DNA of 61,686 nt, the filler included, from Dugesia japonica (Eukaryota), in the NCBI GenBank assembly GCA_001938525.1. It is 6 parts of 6 records of this genome, joined end to end, with 100 filler letters (N's around TTAATTAATTAA, not from the genome) between each part and the next. Parts side by side here need not be neighbours in the genome. Positions count along the whole stretch, not along the records: positions 43,336 to 52,373 come from MQRL01618586.1; positions 52,474 to 61,686 come from MQRL01641435.1; 4 more parts are not named here. One strand, written 5' to 3'. Shown here piece by piece: positions 49,628 to 61,686 of the stretch; the stretch's first letter is position 1; every line of letters begins with the position of its first letter. Position numbers and translations under genes: made by a program. Under the pieces are notes generated by a model. That model was not told where the DNA came from, did not search any database, and saw only the letters and a list, made by a program, of their open reading frames with translations.

Positions 49628-51950
49628 ATGATGTCTCAAAATATTATTAGTGAACTACAAAATGAATGGCCAATTGAAGTTATACCTAACATGGTGGCAG
49701 CGTTAAAAACCGATTCTATTACAGAGAGGTTATCGCCTAATGTGTTCTGCAGAAAAGATGATATTGAGAAATTCATCAAGCGGTGTGAATTGTATTTTGA
49801 AGCTAAAAACATCACTCTGATGAAACAACAAGAAAGATTAGTCTCGTGTTTGTTAGATGAAGATTTGTTGGAAGAATATGCAAAGCCGTTAAAATAAAGT
49901 TGAAGGTTTTCAGGCTCGTTCACGTATGGTGTTTGAGAAAGAAAAAGATTTTATCAAACATTTTCAAAATTTGATTAACTACAGACTTAGAAATGAAGAG
50001 ATTCAAGTTTATTTTAAAAATGTAAAAGATTTAGTAAAACGATCATTTACAAATAAAAATTTTACTGTAGACAAAATGGTAGCAAAGATGCTAGTATATT
50101 GTTCAGATAACAAAAAAATTGAAGAAGAAGTGACTTTGAGGAAACGAGAGAATATAGAAGAAATTAAAGAAACAATGATGTTAGTAGATTGAATAGAGAA
50201 AAACAGAGATCGAATTGATGCAGTTAGAAGTTACGCAAGAGTTACAAATCGAAATTATCAGAAACTAGTAAATCATACAATGAATAGACATGTGGAGCAA
50301 AGAAAGGAAAAACAAAATACCGAATGTTGGTTATGTCATAAGATTGGTCATACTAAAGCAAATTGTCCGACAAAAAAGTGGTCGAGTGTTGGAGTTGTCA
50401 TAAAACAGGACATATAAGTTGAGATTGTCCAAACAAAAAACCAAGAAAATGTTTTGGTAGTGGAATCATTAGTAATATTAGAAGGTTATGTCAAGAAGTG
50501 AGGTGTAAACGATGTGGTAATGGTGGACATAGAACAGAAGAGCGTTACACAAATTTGAAAGCGAAAAGAACAAGTGAGAAATTAATGACTTCAGAAAGAT
50601 TAAGAAATCGATATTATCGAGTACATGCGATTGAAGATGAAGATGTCAGTACAAACGATGGGTATGAAGAAGTATATGAAAGAGATTCCGAAAGGCAGTA
50701 CCCAAAATATAGGGCTCTATCAGTATAGGAATTAATTGGAATTATCCATTGTTAAATGAAGTTAGTAATTATTTTCAAGGGGTGGGAAAAATGGATTATA
50801 TAGGAAAAGTTACAGAAAAAGTATACTGGTTCTTAAAGAAGAAAGATTTTGCGGATGATAGAAAAGTAGAATGTGTTGGAACAGTTGAAGCAGAACAGAA
50901 AACAAATATTTCGTACCATAAAATATAAGGCATACCAACTGTTACGGTATCAATTCAAGAAAATAAAGTAGAATTTTTATTAGATACCGGGGCTAGAATT
51001 GACGTGATGAGTTTGAATTGTTTTAATAAATTACGAGAATTAAGTTTAGAAATGAGTGATGAAAAATTGCTTTTTGCAAATAATAGTACACTTGAAATTG
51101 TTGGGAAAGTTAGAACCGGAGTGATAATTGATGAAGTTTGCAAAGAGATTACTTTCTTAGTTGCTGAAAGAGTAACACTAGATCTTATATGAGGAATAAA
51201 TATGCAAAAGATTTTTGGATACCAGCTTATGCTAAAGGTTGATAGCAAACGGATGAAAAAGTCGAAAATTACATTTGCAATATTGAAGCGAAATTCGGAA
51301 GACAAATTAAAAATGGAAAGCGATTGACAAGAGCCTTAAATATTTTGAAGATTATAGAGGATCAACGGTTATTGAAAATAATTGAAAGTAAAGAAGATGC
51401 TTTTTGGCAGATAATTGGGATGTAGGACGCACACAACTGAAAAGACACAAAATAATCACAAATGGTGAACTAATCAATGTAAAACCGTATAGACAAACAA
51501 TAAACATAGAGCCTTAAATTGAAGAAGCTATCCAGAAATGCAACTTTTCATGGAATACCTCACTGTGTTTGGGGAAAGGAAAATAAGAACATAAGAATAT
51601 GTTTGAATGCAGTAACGAAAAGACAAGCATTTCCGATGACTTATGTTGATGAAATGCTGGACAAGTTAGATGAAGCCAAATATTTTAGTTCAATAGATTT
51701 AGGAAATGTATACTATCAGGTGGAGCTCGAAGAAGAATCTCAAGAAAAAACGGTGTTTTCAACAAATTATGAACAATATTGTTTTAATATAATATCATTT
51801 GGCATCGAAGAGGGACCAGGGACATTTCAAGAGATGATGACAAATGTGGTAGGCGGAATCAATGGAGCCATGGTTTTTTTTTGATAAAATTCTGATATTT
51901 ACGAACATTAAAGATCAAAACTATAAAGTAATTGAAAGAGTATTGAGTAA
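49628..51950 (+). mobile_element. Decayed Ty3/gypsy LTR retrotransposon: gag, protease, partial RT
   Basis: Gag knuckles CWLCHKIGHTKANC and CWSCHKTGH..DC; protease FLLDTGA; RT FPM..VDEMLDKL..AKYFSSIDL..YYQV..FGI...PGTFQ. Stops and frameshifts throughout. Confidence 0.92.
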
Positions 51951-52373
51951 TAAATTTATTTTTAGTGCTTGCACGGGGATTTTTATTTAACTCTAGCCTA
52001 AAAGGATTTTTTTTTCTATTTTTACTTGTGTACTGTTTGCTTGTTAAGTTTTTTTAAATCTTAATTATTTAAATCTTACTAAATTTACGTCAGCAATAAG
52101 CCTGTCTTTAGTACGTCTCTATATTTTATTATATTTAAATAAGTTCCTTCTACGTATATGAAAGATTTGAATAATATATTTGTAATTATATTGTCAGACA
52201 TTTTACATTAAATGTTTGTGAGCTGCTTTCTTTCAACATTTTCTATTTCAAATATTTTTTCCTCGATCAATCAATTTAAAAGAGAAGATTGAATATGGCA
52301 TCCAAAATTTATGTGATAACTCTATCATCCGGAAGTGTAAAACAAGTTTTGATCGAAGCTTTTTTTAATGATT

Positions 52374-52473
52374 NNNNNNNNNNNNNNNNNNNNNNNNNNN
52401 NNNNNNNNNNNNNNNNNTTAATTAATTAANNNNNNNNNNNNNNNNNNNNNNNNNNNNNNNNNNNNNNNNNNNN
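52374..52473. other. Artificial contig spacer N44-TTAATTAATTAA-N44
   Basis: Same 100-nt linker. Confidence 0.95.
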
Positions 52474-53587
52474 ACGTTGTGGCTCCACTATCGATCCCCA
52501 GAGGAAACAAGCACAAATACGGAGTCGACGATCGATCTGGATGCCGAATAGGCAGATTTTATTGTAAAAATAAATGTTATTGAGTGTTGGTTGGAGTGAT
52601 TTTTTTGTGTCATAGCACTACTTGTTTATTTGCATCCACTCAATTTATTTCTACTGAGCATGTTCGATTAGTACAGACCGGGTTCACAGGTTTTATGAGT
52701 AAGACGCGATACCGCAAAGTCGCGCTGAGCCCGTGGAAAGAAAGGGGCATGTCAAAGAGGTGACATAAATACTTGTGGTTTTTAGGTATGCCCCTAGACA
52801 GGTAAATGTGATAGAAATTATTGAATTTGAAGCTAAAATTTTAAAATGACAAATCCTAAAAACCCAACATAAATAAAAAACTAAAAAATTAAAATATATT
52901 AATTTATGAATAAGGATTTTAATTAGTTGGTCTGTTAACCTCATTAATCTTAATAAATACTATATTTAAAAACATTAAAAACATCTTTGGTATGTATTTT
53001 ATAGTGCAAAAAAGTATGATTAAATTTATTTACTTATTTACATAAGATTAATCAGCTTATATTCTGCTAAACTTATAATTAGCACAATGTGTGAACTAAT
53101 ACAGCAACTCTGCATCCAGATAATTAGTGTTTTCAAATTCAAATTAAGAGCCTTTTATGACTATAATAAAATGAAAATAAATTGAAACGTGTTAATCAGT
53201 TAAAACAAACTTATTAAAACTAAAAAAAATGTTTAAATATAAAAATTTAAAATAAAAATATTTTTTTTTATTGAAAAAATTTTAAGCTCTAATTTTACAA
53301 TACGTCAATTCAGGTCGAGGATCTAATAAAACGATGAATAATTCACACTAAGAATTTCCCATATTTTTACGGTGTCCATTATATTAAAACAATTAATTTT
53401 TTTGATTTTTAAAATTTAATTCATTGAAATTTAATTTTTAATAGAATAAAAATATAACTTTGACAAATATAATTGAAAGAATTTTTTTTTGATTTTTAAT
53501 GATATTAAATTTATTTCAGTTATTATTCAAACCATTTTTAAATTAAAATTATTTTTAAAAATACAAATTAAAAATTTTTAATAATAC

Positions 53588-53727
53588 CTCTTGCATATTA
53601 CTAACAACTTCTGAAAAACTCCAATTGATCTTCGTAAGTAGTAAATCAATAAAAGTCGTAGCAACAGAATTGTTTTCTTTCAATAAATTTTTCAAATGAT
53701 TTTGAAATACTTTTGAAGGATTTGGCT
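53588..53727 (-). CDS. RNF123: Internal exon of an RNF123/KPC1-like E3 ubiquitin ligase
   Basis: PNPSKVFQNHLKNLL...ATTFIDLLLTKINWSFSEVVSNMQE resembles my recollection of RNF123 PCPS..LQ.H...[22 protein letters not shown]. Polypyrimidine-CAG acceptor and GAG|GTATTA donor. Other exons not identified. Confidence 0.7.
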
Positions 53728-54169
53728 CTGAAGAAAAGGAAAATATTATCAAATGAAAATATGTATTAAGTATAAAATAAACATATAGGATATCTCATTT
53801 TATATAAGAAAATTCAATAACTTCAAAATTTATTAATTAAATTATTTAGATCTCTTTTAAAATATAAAAAAACTCGTAAAACCCGATTGAATTTCTTTTA
53901 AAAATTATATACAGAAACAATGAGTAGTTTATATTTAACAATATATTGAAAACAAACAATCTCTCTGATAATCACAACTGGGATACTTTATTGAATGAAG
54001 TTCCTCTGAAAACAATATTTTGAAATTAAAATTGTTTATGACTCGATTTATACCATGTTTTGCTCATTTCAACATTTTGTTTTGTAAAATTTTTAAAAAA
54101 AATACAAACATTACAAAATATTTATTGATAAATATAAGGTAATTTCGCACCATAGTTATATCATGCAAC

Positions 54170-54480
54170 ATGTATCTAAAATATCCTAAGCAATTTGAAG
54201 AAGTTACTATGTTGATTTCTTCTAGTATTAATTCTGATAGTAACCCTGTTTCTCTAATTCTTAATCTAGACTTCATTCCAAGTTTTATTTTTGAAAATGT
54301 ATTTATAATTGGACTTATCATATACGAATAATGGAACAAAACCTTAAATTTATATCCAAGCTCAACAGTAATTCATTGATTCTCTTTTCGCTTGGGTATC
54401 TTTTCATTGTCTACCAGATTACCCACCGACAGAATACAATTCAATTTCATTCTCAACCTTTTCATTATTCTTTAACAATT
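54170..54480 (-). pseudogene. IS630/Tc1 DDE transposase C-terminal remnant
   Basis: YSYMISPIINTFSKIK resembles YSPxLNPIExxFSKxK; VDN upstream. Confidence 0.45.
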
Positions 54481-54568
54481 ACAATTATTGCGATAATAAT
54501 TATTGATCGTTTTTNNNNNNNNNNNNNNNNNNNNNNNNNNNNNNNNNNTTTTTTTTGTTTTTGATAAT

Positions 54569-54603
54569 AATTCTAATTTTCGACCTTGTCTTCGTCAGGA
54601 ATT
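54569..54603 (-). ncRNA. Minimal type I hammerhead ribozyme motif (Penelope-type)
   Basis: Minus strand AATTC CTGACGA A GAC AAG GTC GAAA AT TA GAATT: stem I AATTC/GAATT, CUGANGA and GAAA cores, stem II GAC/GTC, palindromic AATT stem III, UA cleavage site. Confidence 0.7.
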
Positions 54604-55177
54604 GACTCTCAACCCATCTTGTTTCGCATACTGAAACCATTTGTATATTTAGCATGTCTTTTAGTATAATATTACTTGAAATTATTACTTGAACGTTCGA
54701 ACTCTTTATTAAAGTTAGATTAAAAACATGATTATAGTAAATTTTTGTTTCAAACATTAACGGATAATCGAGATTTTACTGTATATTTTCAAAAACAACT
54801 GCGAATCATGAAAATTTTTTAATTAATTCTATTTAAAATTTTATAAAAGATAATAAAGATAACTAAATGGATTGTTGGCAAAAGTAATAATTTTCTGAAA
54901 ATTTGATAATTATTTTACATTTTAATATCGCACAATAGAAATAAAAAATTTAATTTTAAAATGGGATTAGGGTTTATTTGAATGATTTTTTCATCCAGAA
55001 ATTTCATTAAAAATCATCCAATAACATTTAAATATTTTTAACGATGTTTGGATTCTGTTGAAAATGCTTATTCACTAAAAATGTTAATGTAACTTATGTA
55101 ATTTCTTTTTTCTACTTATTTATATTATAAATAATTATTAAAATTGAGGGTTATGTAATTAATAATTGTCTACGATA

Positions 55178-55548
55178 TGTTAATGTAATGTGTTATGTGT
55201 ATGTAATGTAATGTAATATGTATGTAATGTAATGTGTATGCAATGTAATGTGTATGTAATGTGTATGTAATGTAATGTGTATGTAATGTAATGTGTATGT
55301 AATGTAATGTGTATGTAATGTAATGTGNNNNNNNNNNNNNNNNNNNNNNNNNNNNNNNNNNNNNNNNNNNNNNNNNNNNNNNNNNNNNNNNNNNNNNNNN
55401 NNNNNNNNNNNNNNNNNNNNNNNNNNNNNNNNNNNNNNNNNNNNNNNNNNNNNNNNNNNNNNNNNNNNNGTAATGTGTATGTAATGTAATGTGTATGTAA
55501 TGTAATGTGTATGTAATGTAATGTGTATGTAATGTAATGTGTAATGTA
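55178..55548. repeat. 16-bp minisatellite (TGTAATGTAATGTGTA)n
   Basis: Directly visible, with an internal gap. Confidence 0.9.
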
Positions 55549-56411
55549 AAATGTTAATGTAACTTATGTAATTTCTTTTTTCTACTTATTTTACCTATAT
55601 TATAAATAATTATTAAAATTGAGTATTATGTAATTAATAATTGTCTACGAGATCAAATATGTAGTATGATGCATCATAGATCGGTGTTTGTTTTCTCATT
55701 TAGATATGTTTATTATTAATCAAATCTTATTCAAAAACGTAAAAATAATACTGGTGTACCAAACTAAGCTTGATCAACATGAGTCTTGAATAAATTTCGT
55801 TCAGAGATAATATTCATTGCTTTGGCAGAGTAAAAATAATATTATAGAAAATTATGAAAAACCATTGAAATTTTGCTTTTAATTTTTCTAATTTCAACCA
55901 TGGAGAAATACAATTTTATTATTACTTGGATTTAGTAATGAAGAAGAAAATAATTTCAACATCATCAAAATATATTTTCTTCAAAGTCTTGCTAAAAGCC
56001 AAAAATCCGAGAAATTGTTAAAAGAACATCAATCGAGAAAATAACTTTGAAATTTATATTTAGATTTATCAAATTTATTATACAATTTTACAGTGAATAT
56101 TCACTTCTGAATGCTAGATTAAATATAGAAACTTTCATATTAGAGTATATAAAAAAAGATTATTTGAATAGCCAAATATTTTGAGATTTCAGTTTTGATT
56201 TCTTTTGAAACTTTGAAAATAACTTAATTGAAAGTAATATTTTAAGTAATATTTTAAGTAATTTTCAAAAAAATAAGATAAAACTTCGAATAAGTACTAA
56301 AGTAAAAAATTAATAAAATTATTAAAAGTTTTAAATATAAAAAGTTAATTCGAAATGAATGAAAGTTGAATATAAAGAATATATTTAAAATTGATAAAAT
56401 TAATTTAAAGC

Positions 56412-57658
56412 AATAGATCATTCAGAAAGGAATGGCATAATTCGGAACCAAATTTTAAACTGTTTTAACTAAGTCCATTACAAAAGTTTTTTTGAAAAGA
56501 AGCACCATTGGAATTTAGGCATTTTTGCCAACATGATAAAAGTTTATTGATTCCCATTTCAAGAAAATATGGATTTCTCGAGTCAATGAAATCTTTGAAT
56601 GCTGTCTCGATATCGCATTGATTTTTAAACACTGTATCCATTAAGAACTAATCAAGATGCTTAAAAAATTAAATCTGTGGGAGCCAGGCCTGGTTTGGAC
56701 GATTGCTGAGCAAGAGTTGCATATGCTAACTTATATAGTTTTTGTACGACCACTCGTGAAACATAGAGACGTGCGATGTCGTGAAGAAGTATTGGACCCT
56801 TTCCATTGGCTAAAGTCAGTGGTTCTTACACCAAATCTTTGTGAAATTCATCCAGCTGTTCACAGTAGAATGTCGCAGTGATTGTTTCACAGAATTGGAT
56901 CTAAGACAAGTCAATAACTCTCGTATTTGACCACCATAAAGTAACCTCAGACTTCTTCGGACGGAGCTTAATTTTTTGGGAATTCATCAACTGATAACCA
57001 TTGTGCAGTTATCATAAACAATCCACTTCTCGTCAAAAGTGATGATACGACCCAAGAATGAATCAGTGGAATATCTTCTGAGATGAAGATCTAGCTACCT
57101 CCGGTCTTCTTTGTATGTTGATTTCCGTAAGGTCCTGCGACACCCATTTTCCAGTTTCATGACTTTGCCGATAAACTTCAGATGTTCGAAAGTAATTGAC
57201 TCCGATACATGGATCTTTGCTGCTATCTCTGATACACATTGCCTTGAGCCTTCATGGACTATTTGTTTTAAAACATCGTCATCCATAGCAGAAAGTCATA
57301 CTGTTCTTTCTATATTTTTCCATTTACTTTATCTTACTCATTTCCACTTCTAGAACAATCTCTGCATGGTACACTGAACTGCAATACCGTCTCCTCAAGT
57401 TTTGTTTACATTTTCAGTTGTCTCTGTTTCAATGTAACCGAGTTTAAATTCATGAAGTATAATGGTAGGAAAAACAACTCTGTCCATATTAACTAGTTCA
57501 TCCACTGAGAACTAAAAAGTAATGATTTAGATGATAAAGCTTTGCAATATATAGAAAACATAGTAGTTATATTAACTTTAAAAATTGATTGGAAAAAGAT
57601 ATTCTTAAAATTTTGGACTGTTGAAAAATCCACCATTACTTTCCTAATGACCTAATAA
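56412..57658 (-). mobile_element. Full-length decayed mariner (DD34D) element
   Basis: About 1.25 kb. RIITFDEKWIVYDN, GPILLHDIARL, FKHLD motifs. Imperfect TIRs tagatcattcagaaaggaatgg / ccattactttcctaatgacctaata. Confidence 0.85.
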
Positions 57659-58039
57659 TAAAATGAATTTAAAAAATCGAAATTAATAAAATTAATTTTA
57701 AAGTATTATTTTTAATTTTTATTAAAAGTTTTTTTTACAATTAAAATTGAGTCTCAAATCTTTATCTTTTATTTCTTAATAAATATTGACTTATATTTAA
57801 ATGAGCATTAAAAAATACTAATTGAGCATTATGAAAAATTAAATAATTAACACACAATATTCTTTAATTTTTCAAGACATAAATAAATATTTAAATGTAT
57901 TTATAATTAATTACTAGTCTAAAATGAGCATTAAAAACATACTAATTGAGAAATTTATTAAAAAAAATAATATTAACAATAAATTTAATAGTATTGTTTT
58001 AATTTTATTTTTTTAATATTACAAATTAATTAAGCTACA

Positions 58040-58597
58040 AATCGTGTAATAACGGCTGAATATACTTTACGAGAACGAATGTCATTATTAAGATTCAGTG
58101 TTGTTGTTGCGTCAATTGTAAATAAATGGTCATAAGAAAGACAAGTACCATCAATTCTGAATTATATAAAATGTGACAGTTATACTTATTCTATGTCAAA
58201 GAAAGAAGTGATTTCGAATGTAAATGATACCGATGAATATAAGAAATATTATTTACCAGCTGATGATAAAATTAAATTGACCGATAAAGAAGTAAAACGG
58301 TATGAAATCTGTCGAATCAATAATCGACATTCAAATTTGAAACATTGAAATGAACTATATTCGGCATATGGCGTGTTATTTTGCCAAACAATATTGAACT
58401 TTGGAAAAAGGTACATGTACATGTCCATTATTTCTCAAAACATATACATGTGCAAACATGTTATTAGACTTTTAATTCGTTTTAAATATTGTAAACCTCC
58501 AGTGGAGGCCAAAAATAATGAAATAGGCGCAAAAAGAAAAAGAGGAAGGCCAACTATGTCTAAAAAAGCTTTTTTTCATTCAATAACTTCTTTATAA
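58040..58597 (+). pseudogene. MULE-type transposase C-terminal remnant (SWIM finger + AT-hook)
   Basis: CTCP.../..MCKHVI followed by KRKRGRP. Confidence 0.65.
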
Positions 58598-58809
58598 CAA
58601 TATACTATAATTGAGTTAACAATAGTTCTTTATATTGGTTTATAATTGCTTTACAAATATTACGAGTGTATTTGAGACAATCTAAAATGCCAATTGTTTT
58701 ATTATTCGTTAATCAAAAGAGATTGATAACTGAAATTGATGAATTTAATAATGCCTAAGACGAAATTTAAATGTTATAAATAAAAGAATAAATTCATTTA
58801 AAATAAAAG

Positions 58810-59836
58810 CTTCGAGGCAATTTGTAGACGCGATGATAATTTAATAACTGCAGATACTGCATTAAAATTTATGTTGAAAAAACTGAAACAAAATTCGAAT
58901 ATCAGTCGCGAATTTTTTTCAGCTTTAATTCTTTGGATTAAAGAGAGGAGAACTCAATTAAGCAGTTTAGCTCAATATCTTCACAGCGGCAAAAATGATT
59001 CAATGAAAATGGCTGACGTTTTTGTATCATCCACAAATACTAAAAACAAAAAATTATGTTGGAGTTTCTTCAGCGATGGAATGCAACTGATTTAACAACC
59101 GGAGTTATTAATGAAGCTGATGCCTCCGATGATATTACATGAATATCAAGCGATGGGGACATAATTTGTAACGAGAAGACTATAAGTGAGGAATTAAACC
59201 AAGCCGCGGAAAAAGGTTTTATTTTACCTAGAAAACTCCCCAACACGATTTGAAAATACATTATCAAAACTACAAGAATAAATATCGTTATTTGAAAGTG
59301 GTGGTACAAGAGGGGATAATCTGCAAAGAATTTATGATTTTTTAATAACGATTAAGACTACAAGTATAAAGTCCGAACAAGCGTTTTCAGCTGCTGGTTT
59401 GATATGCTCAAAAATTCGAAGCAGAATAAATGATGAAACGATTGATATATTATGCTTTTTAAGATCGTATTTTCAAAAAATAAATAATTGATTCTTTAAT
59501 AAATGTGTAATTAATCTTAAATAAATAGTAATTTAATTAAAACATTTTTTAATTTTAATATAAATTTTGAGCACAATGTATGAATGCAAATGTTCTTTTT
59601 TAAATGAAATATTTTTTATTATGTAATTATTTGTTTTATAATTTAAAATAACGTAATGAATTATTTATTTTTAAATAACATACACCAAGAAATATTAATT
59701 TTGTTGATAAAAAACCAATAACATGATTTTTGTTCCGCTTTCCATTGATTTAAAAAAAAATTAAAATCCTGGGATTATAAAATCTTTGATCCCGAAATCC
59801 CGGGATTGTAAAACTGGTCCGGGATTGCAATCTCTA
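58810..59836 (+). mobile_element. hAT transposase C-terminal remnant with right end
   Basis: TIKTTSIKSEQAFSAAGLICSKIRSRINDETIDILCFLRSYF (hATC domain); subterminal ATCCCGGGAT repeats ending in gggattgcaatctcta. Confidence 0.8.
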
Positions 59837-60579
59837 ATTGTATGTAAAGTTTGTAAATATTTCTATTTTTTTAATTAGACTTCAAATTAAAGACTTAAAT
59901 ATTTTTTATAATACATTTTTATTTACATATTTTTCAGAATTACTCAGCGTAAGATTCAAAATATTTAAAATAAGTGCTAAAACAAAATAACAAAATGTTA
60001 AAATACAATTAAAATAATGTACTATTTTTCATTATATAATGTTCAAATTTTTAAATTTTAATGCTGCTCATTTTAGATTAAAGTATTTTTATATTAGTTT
60101 TTATCCATAAATAGTTCATGGTTTCAAAAACTATTAAATTTATCGGTTGGCGCCTTAAACTAACCTAAGTTCAAAAAATAATTTCATAAAAAATTTGTTT
60201 GAAGTGCTTATTATTAAAAATTTATTAATCTATTATGCAAGCAGATTTATACGAGATTGTATTTAAGAAAATTAAAATATAAAAATAAAGGGTTTTAAAT
60301 CTTTGATTTAATTCTAAAATACTATGCATTGACACACACTAACACCTGAAAAGAAAAAAATTCAAGAGTAGCTAATACCACACAAAAAGTGTAAACCACT
60401 GTTAAATTACATAACCGATCAAATAAATATCTATCTACAAAGTTTGTAAATATAAAAAAATGTTCAATTAAACTTTAATGACAATTCTTAGATTTTCAAT
60501 AATAGTATCTTTAACCTGGTATTCTGTTAATAGAGTCATAATGACATTGAATAATCATTTAGTGAATTACATTGTATAG

Positions 60580-61598
60580 CAGTGGTTCTTAACCTTTTTA
60601 GAGATCAGTATCTTTTGAATATAAAATAAGTTCTCGTACAACTATTTACGGTTTTTATATATAAAACTTAATTTATTCAAAACATATACATGAAAATGCA
60701 CAAAAATTACACTATTATATGTTTAAAAATACTTCGTTGTTTTTTTGGGCTTACAAATTATTACAGAAAATTTATTAAAGACTGCAAAACACTCGAGGAT
60801 ATTAGAGAGTTTATATGGAAACAATAAAAATTAATTAATTTTGTCAAATCAATGTAAACAAAGTTTTGAAGCTTTAAAACGAGAATTAATGAAGGCTCCT
60901 ATACTTATTTATCCAAAGATTTTATACTAGATACAGATGCTTTGAATTAGGCAATTTTCTAACTTCTCCGTCTTTGCGAACTGTTTGACTTGTGTCTCGC
61001 TCATCTAATAATTCTAATTTAACCATTGAAAGCCAAATAATATTCAGAATTTTCTCCAATCAGTAATTTGAATTGTCAAGTTATTGAAGATTTCTAGTTA
61101 TCTAAGCAAATACAATAGCGAATATATAAAATTATCGCATTAAGAACAAAAGTTAGTGTTATGATTGACCCAAAAAGCCACTAAATAGGAAAGTACCATA
61201 TACAAACATGCATATGGATATGGCAACCAAAATGATGTTTAAAAAAGAAAACATTTACATATAGACTTTCTCATTTTTACATTAGTATATAAATACTAAA
61301 ATAGACATTGACTGCTTCTTAAACTACTAAAATTATTAATATTAAGTAATTTTGTTTTCTTAGTAGGCGGTGTTCAGATAAATCTGAAACGGTATTCGAC
61401 ACGATTCCGGTCACGATTTCAGATCCGGATCCATGAATTATTTTAGGCACGTCGAATAACTCACTGGACAGAAGTGACTTAATCGTATTCAATACTCCTC
61501 TAATTATTTTAAATTTCTATCCATTTACAAATATTTACGAATGATGATTTTTATCAAATATTTAGAAATTTTCTCTCCCCATAGGTTAAGAACCCCTA
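60580..61598. mobile_element. hAT-type non-autonomous element containing a gypsy RT-RNaseH fragment (~60730-60945, +)
   Basis: TIRs cagtggttcttaacct / aggttaagaaccccta. Internal FLGLTNYYRKFIKD..CKQSFEALKREL..APILIYP..FILDTDA. Confidence 0.6.
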
Positions 61599-61625
61599 TT
61601 TAACTTTTTCTGGGCAATAATAATA

Positions 61626-61686
<61 letters not shown>

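Noticed and set aside
52474-52800. GC-richer stretch possibly forming a structured RNA
   Set aside because: Could not fit tRNA, ribozyme or snRNA consensus by eye.

Overview
Very AT-rich eukaryotic (probably invertebrate) draft sequence. It is not one contiguous locus. Five identical 100-nt spacers (N44-TTAATTAATTAA-N44) split it into six pieces: 1-12261, 12362-20856, 20957-32308, 32409-43235, 43336-52373 and 52474-61686. The centrepiece is a gene-dense, lightly decayed Maverick/Polinton (adintovirus-like) endogenous dsDNA virus at ~20957-31330 with all genes on the minus strand. Its genes are: major capsid; a Zn-finger/PLA2/integrase fusion; packaging ATPase; an adenovirus pX-like protein; penton; adenain protease; a membrane protein; and a protein-primed PolB carrying two N-terminal matrin/JAZ-type Zn fingers, cut off by the contig end. 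This element also carries a repeated 10-bp palindrome inside its genes and a shared upstream motif. Two older Maverick remnants (1.1-1.9 kb and 12.6-15.1 kb) and candidate Maverick termini are also present. Other content: minimal Penelope-type hammerhead ribozyme motifs; decayed Ty3/gypsy, Tc1/mariner, pogo, hAT and MULE elements; (AAT)n microsatellites; an intronless class A peptide GPCR; a 4-TM gene; and one RNF123-like exon. All assignments come from reading motifs by eye; no searches were run.
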